The notes under the pieces are model-generated. The model saw only the letters and a program-made list of their open reading frames with translations, ran no database searches and was not told the DNA's origin. 64,000 nucleotides of DNA, from the NCBI GenBank assembly GCA_002633005.1, contig NMRA01000204.1, positions 576,272 to 640,271 of the forward strand, written 5' to 3'. Source of the DNA: Phoronis australis (taxonomy: Eukaryota; Animalia; Phoronida). Below are positions 61,349 through 64,000 of the stretch, piece by piece. The translations under genes and the position numbers were made by a program. Numbering within the stretch: position 1 is the first letter of the stretch; every line of letters starts with the position of its first letter.

Positions 61349-63775
61349 CAGTGCTCGACATAACGAGCTGCAGGTCGCATTTGCAACCTGAAATTTGGAA
61401 ATGCGAGCTTAGATTTTTGTCAGCTCATATCAAGTCGCAGAATGTGACCTGGAATTTCCAACGAATGGGAGCTGAGTTTTTACACTTCTCGGCAAATATG
61501 AAGCAACTCTTGATAATCCGACCATTATTTGGTTGTTGCCAAATCCAAGTTCAAATGATCACTAACCGACAACAACCCTCCCGATGACTTGTAAGCAAGT
61601 CGCGTGAACATGGGATATGCAGAAGCGATCTTTTACGCGTTTCATTGGCTAACATTTTCGGCCAATTTTGCAAATTTCCGGATTCAACAAAGAAAGTTTC
61701 TGCTTCTACATAACACGTGAAAAAACGTCACAAAACAGCGGAGTTTCTACTAATTCTTAAGCGATCAACTTACCAAACTTTGTGGTGGACAACTATGTTT
61801 ATTTTTCGCGCAAGATGTCCTTATCACATGAACAAATATCCACGACAATATCCCTGATCGCACTGCAGCAGTGCCGGTCGGTCCCGTTGTTAGTGCGCAA
61901 GTGGTACCATGACTTGGTGTGCGTCTCGTTTTCATAGCATAAGAAAGTCAAAGTAAAAATGGGAACCCCATTTCTGATAAATCGCCAATCGACGGCCACG
62001 TCTTTACTTTTAGTTGCCAAGAAATTCTCAAACCCCTTTACTTGTTTGTGATTTGCTTTCACACGCTGTTGTCAACATAAAGTGTAGGCCTACTCCATCT
62101 ATTCAAGTGCATGAACTCACACATGCGCTTCACTTCAAAGCTGCTCATCAAAAGAAAACGGCGACAGTCCTAAATGAAAGAGTATGCCGGCTTGGCTAGA
62201 TGTTAAGCACCCTGGTTCCAGTGGTTTATTTAAAAATGAACTCAATAGATTTCCGGCGGCTATAAAAGAGCCAATGCTTTACGATATTCCCCGGGACCGA
62301 TATAACCCAGAACTGATATTTTCCTGTTCCAATGTTTCCCAAGGTCGATGTTCCCTAAACCCTATGCCCATAGCCAGCTATTGCAACTTTTTGGGTACTA
62401 GATGCAAAATTGTGGTTTTAAAGCGAACTTTTTATTCTTCTCTTCATATTCGATCAGGTTAACGACTATGCTCATGCACAAATCTACTCCCTACCTTTGA
62501 AGTGTTTCATAATAAGCGCTCACTGATCTGCTAAGCGTACCTCCTCAACTTTTGAGAATGTCCAATTAAGCACCCACAGTTCAGGTTAGCGCCCATCATT
62601 GCGCACTGCAAACAACCGTGCGTGGTTTTAAATTAACATGCAGCCTGTACGGTGTGTCACTTTCATTTCACCAGGAAGAGGCTTGGGCCCAATTTGGCAA
62701 ACTGGGCAAAACGTTCTGCCCCAGTGAAATAATAAGTACACTTGACAAAAGTCCACAAAGTCCACAGGAATTCGGTGCGGATGCACGATTGGCAGGCCTG
62801 AAGCTAGTGGCCCCGTTTTTTTAGTCCTCGTTGATATTTTTCAGTAAAAGGTCCGCATATCGAAGATCTCGAGCCCCCCTATAATTTAGGCTAGGTGCGC
62901 GCATGTTTACACAACAAATTCAGTTTTCAAAAAAACGTCTTTTCTCAATATGTAAAATCAAATCCCTGCTTTGTTTTATATCTCCAAAAGAAAGTCATCA
63001 CTAGTGACCTGCATGTCGTTTTTCCTGTAATTGGAAGGTATTGAGGAGCAAACTCACCATTACCCAATGGAAACCCACACGGAAGGAGCCGGGAATTATT
63101 TTGAGTCTATTGATTTTATGGAAAACTAATTGTTGAGTACGTAAACAGCACAAGTATCACATTGTTGTTGTGAAATTTGCACTGAACTGTTCCCGCGCAT
63201 CCAAATATGTCATTCGGTTAGTGCATCGTTTCACAGATTTTTTTCGATAGATGTTTTTCAAACGTCAAGTTAAGTGGCAAAATTTGGACTGCGAACAAAA
63301 AGTGGAGAGAATTTGCACTCCGAGTTAGTTTGGATCTCTAATGACTTTGATCAAAGCCAGTAGCAGTTCAGACCTAGTAAAATACTTTTTCAACGGGCAT
63401 TTTCTCACTTTTCACATCGCAAACTTAGCTACTCGAATGCACGTGTGAGTTAGAGAGCACTGATTCAAGTTTCATTTCGGCAGCTTGCCTTGCACTTTAG
63501 AGCCTTTCAATGGCAGTCTTGAAGAACAGTAACGCTGTAACTGCATGAACGAACTCAATTTTGCGATCTGAAATTTGTGAGTATTTAACGATGTAGGTAA
63601 GAGCATAATCTAAACATTTTATTGATGATATAAAAAATCAATTTTGGCGGGGAAAATAGCGGGAATATTTTGCGACCTGGCATTTATGAATGCGAGCTAG
63701 ATTTTGAAAAGGCGATCTGGGATTTTGGCTAGGTCACAAAATGCGACCTGGCGATTTTAATAGCGTCGAGCCCTG
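61349..63775. mobile_element. About 2.4-kb non-autonomous DNA transposon in intron 1 of the SH2 gene
   Basis: TIR CAGTGCTCGAC / GTCGAGCCCTG, subterminal CAGGTCGCA / TGCGACCTG repeats, flanks TCTAC and CCTAC (possible 5-bp TSD). No transposase ORF. 62860-62905 matches 25555-25605 in inverted orientation. Confidence 0.7.
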
Positions 63776-64000
63776 CCTACCATAAATGATTGAAATCTGA
63801 ATATTTGCCATAATTTTATAGTAACCAGTCTTTCCTAAAGTGGATTTCATTTTTATGAACTTTAGTTTTTTACAATTTCTATTTGAGGAGAGAGTAAAAA
63901 TGATAAAAAGCTTATGAAAATGAAATTGACTTGAGGAAGTCTATTTGACAGACTACAAACTTGAGGTAAACATTCAAATTTGAGTGGTAGGCTGCAACTC

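Overview
Intron-rich, repeat-rich animal genomic DNA (about 38-40% GC by eye, three N gaps). A marine invertebrate deuterostome is plausible but not provable. Most short ORFs in the track are noise; the real genes are spliced and I reconstructed them by hand. From left to right: CFAP300/C11orf70 (-, five exons, one GC-AG intron, runs off the window start); a multi-C2H2 zinc-finger gene (+); a phospholipid scramblase (PLSCR) locus (+); RNF7/RBX2 (-, complete, three exons); and the first exon of an SH2-domain gene (+, possibly Shark/HTK16-like). The main observation is the scramblase locus. One set of 5' exons (A-C) is followed by three tandem, intact but diverged copies of only the last four exons (D-G). 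All three start in the same splice phase and each has its own stop codon and AATAAA. This fits one gene with three mutually exclusive four-exon 3' cassettes. Sequences upstream of cassettes 2 and 3 are both complementary to the same 40-nt site at the branch point of cassette 1, as in docking-site/selector splicing. The window also holds a Helentron-like element with a phased array of 11 co-oriented CTCF-like motifs, CAG-terminated MITEs with 5-, 6- and 8-bp TSDs, a decayed Gypsy element, a nested solo-LTR candidate, a LINE RT relic, foldback elements and a 32-bp minisatellite. All alignments were made by eye.
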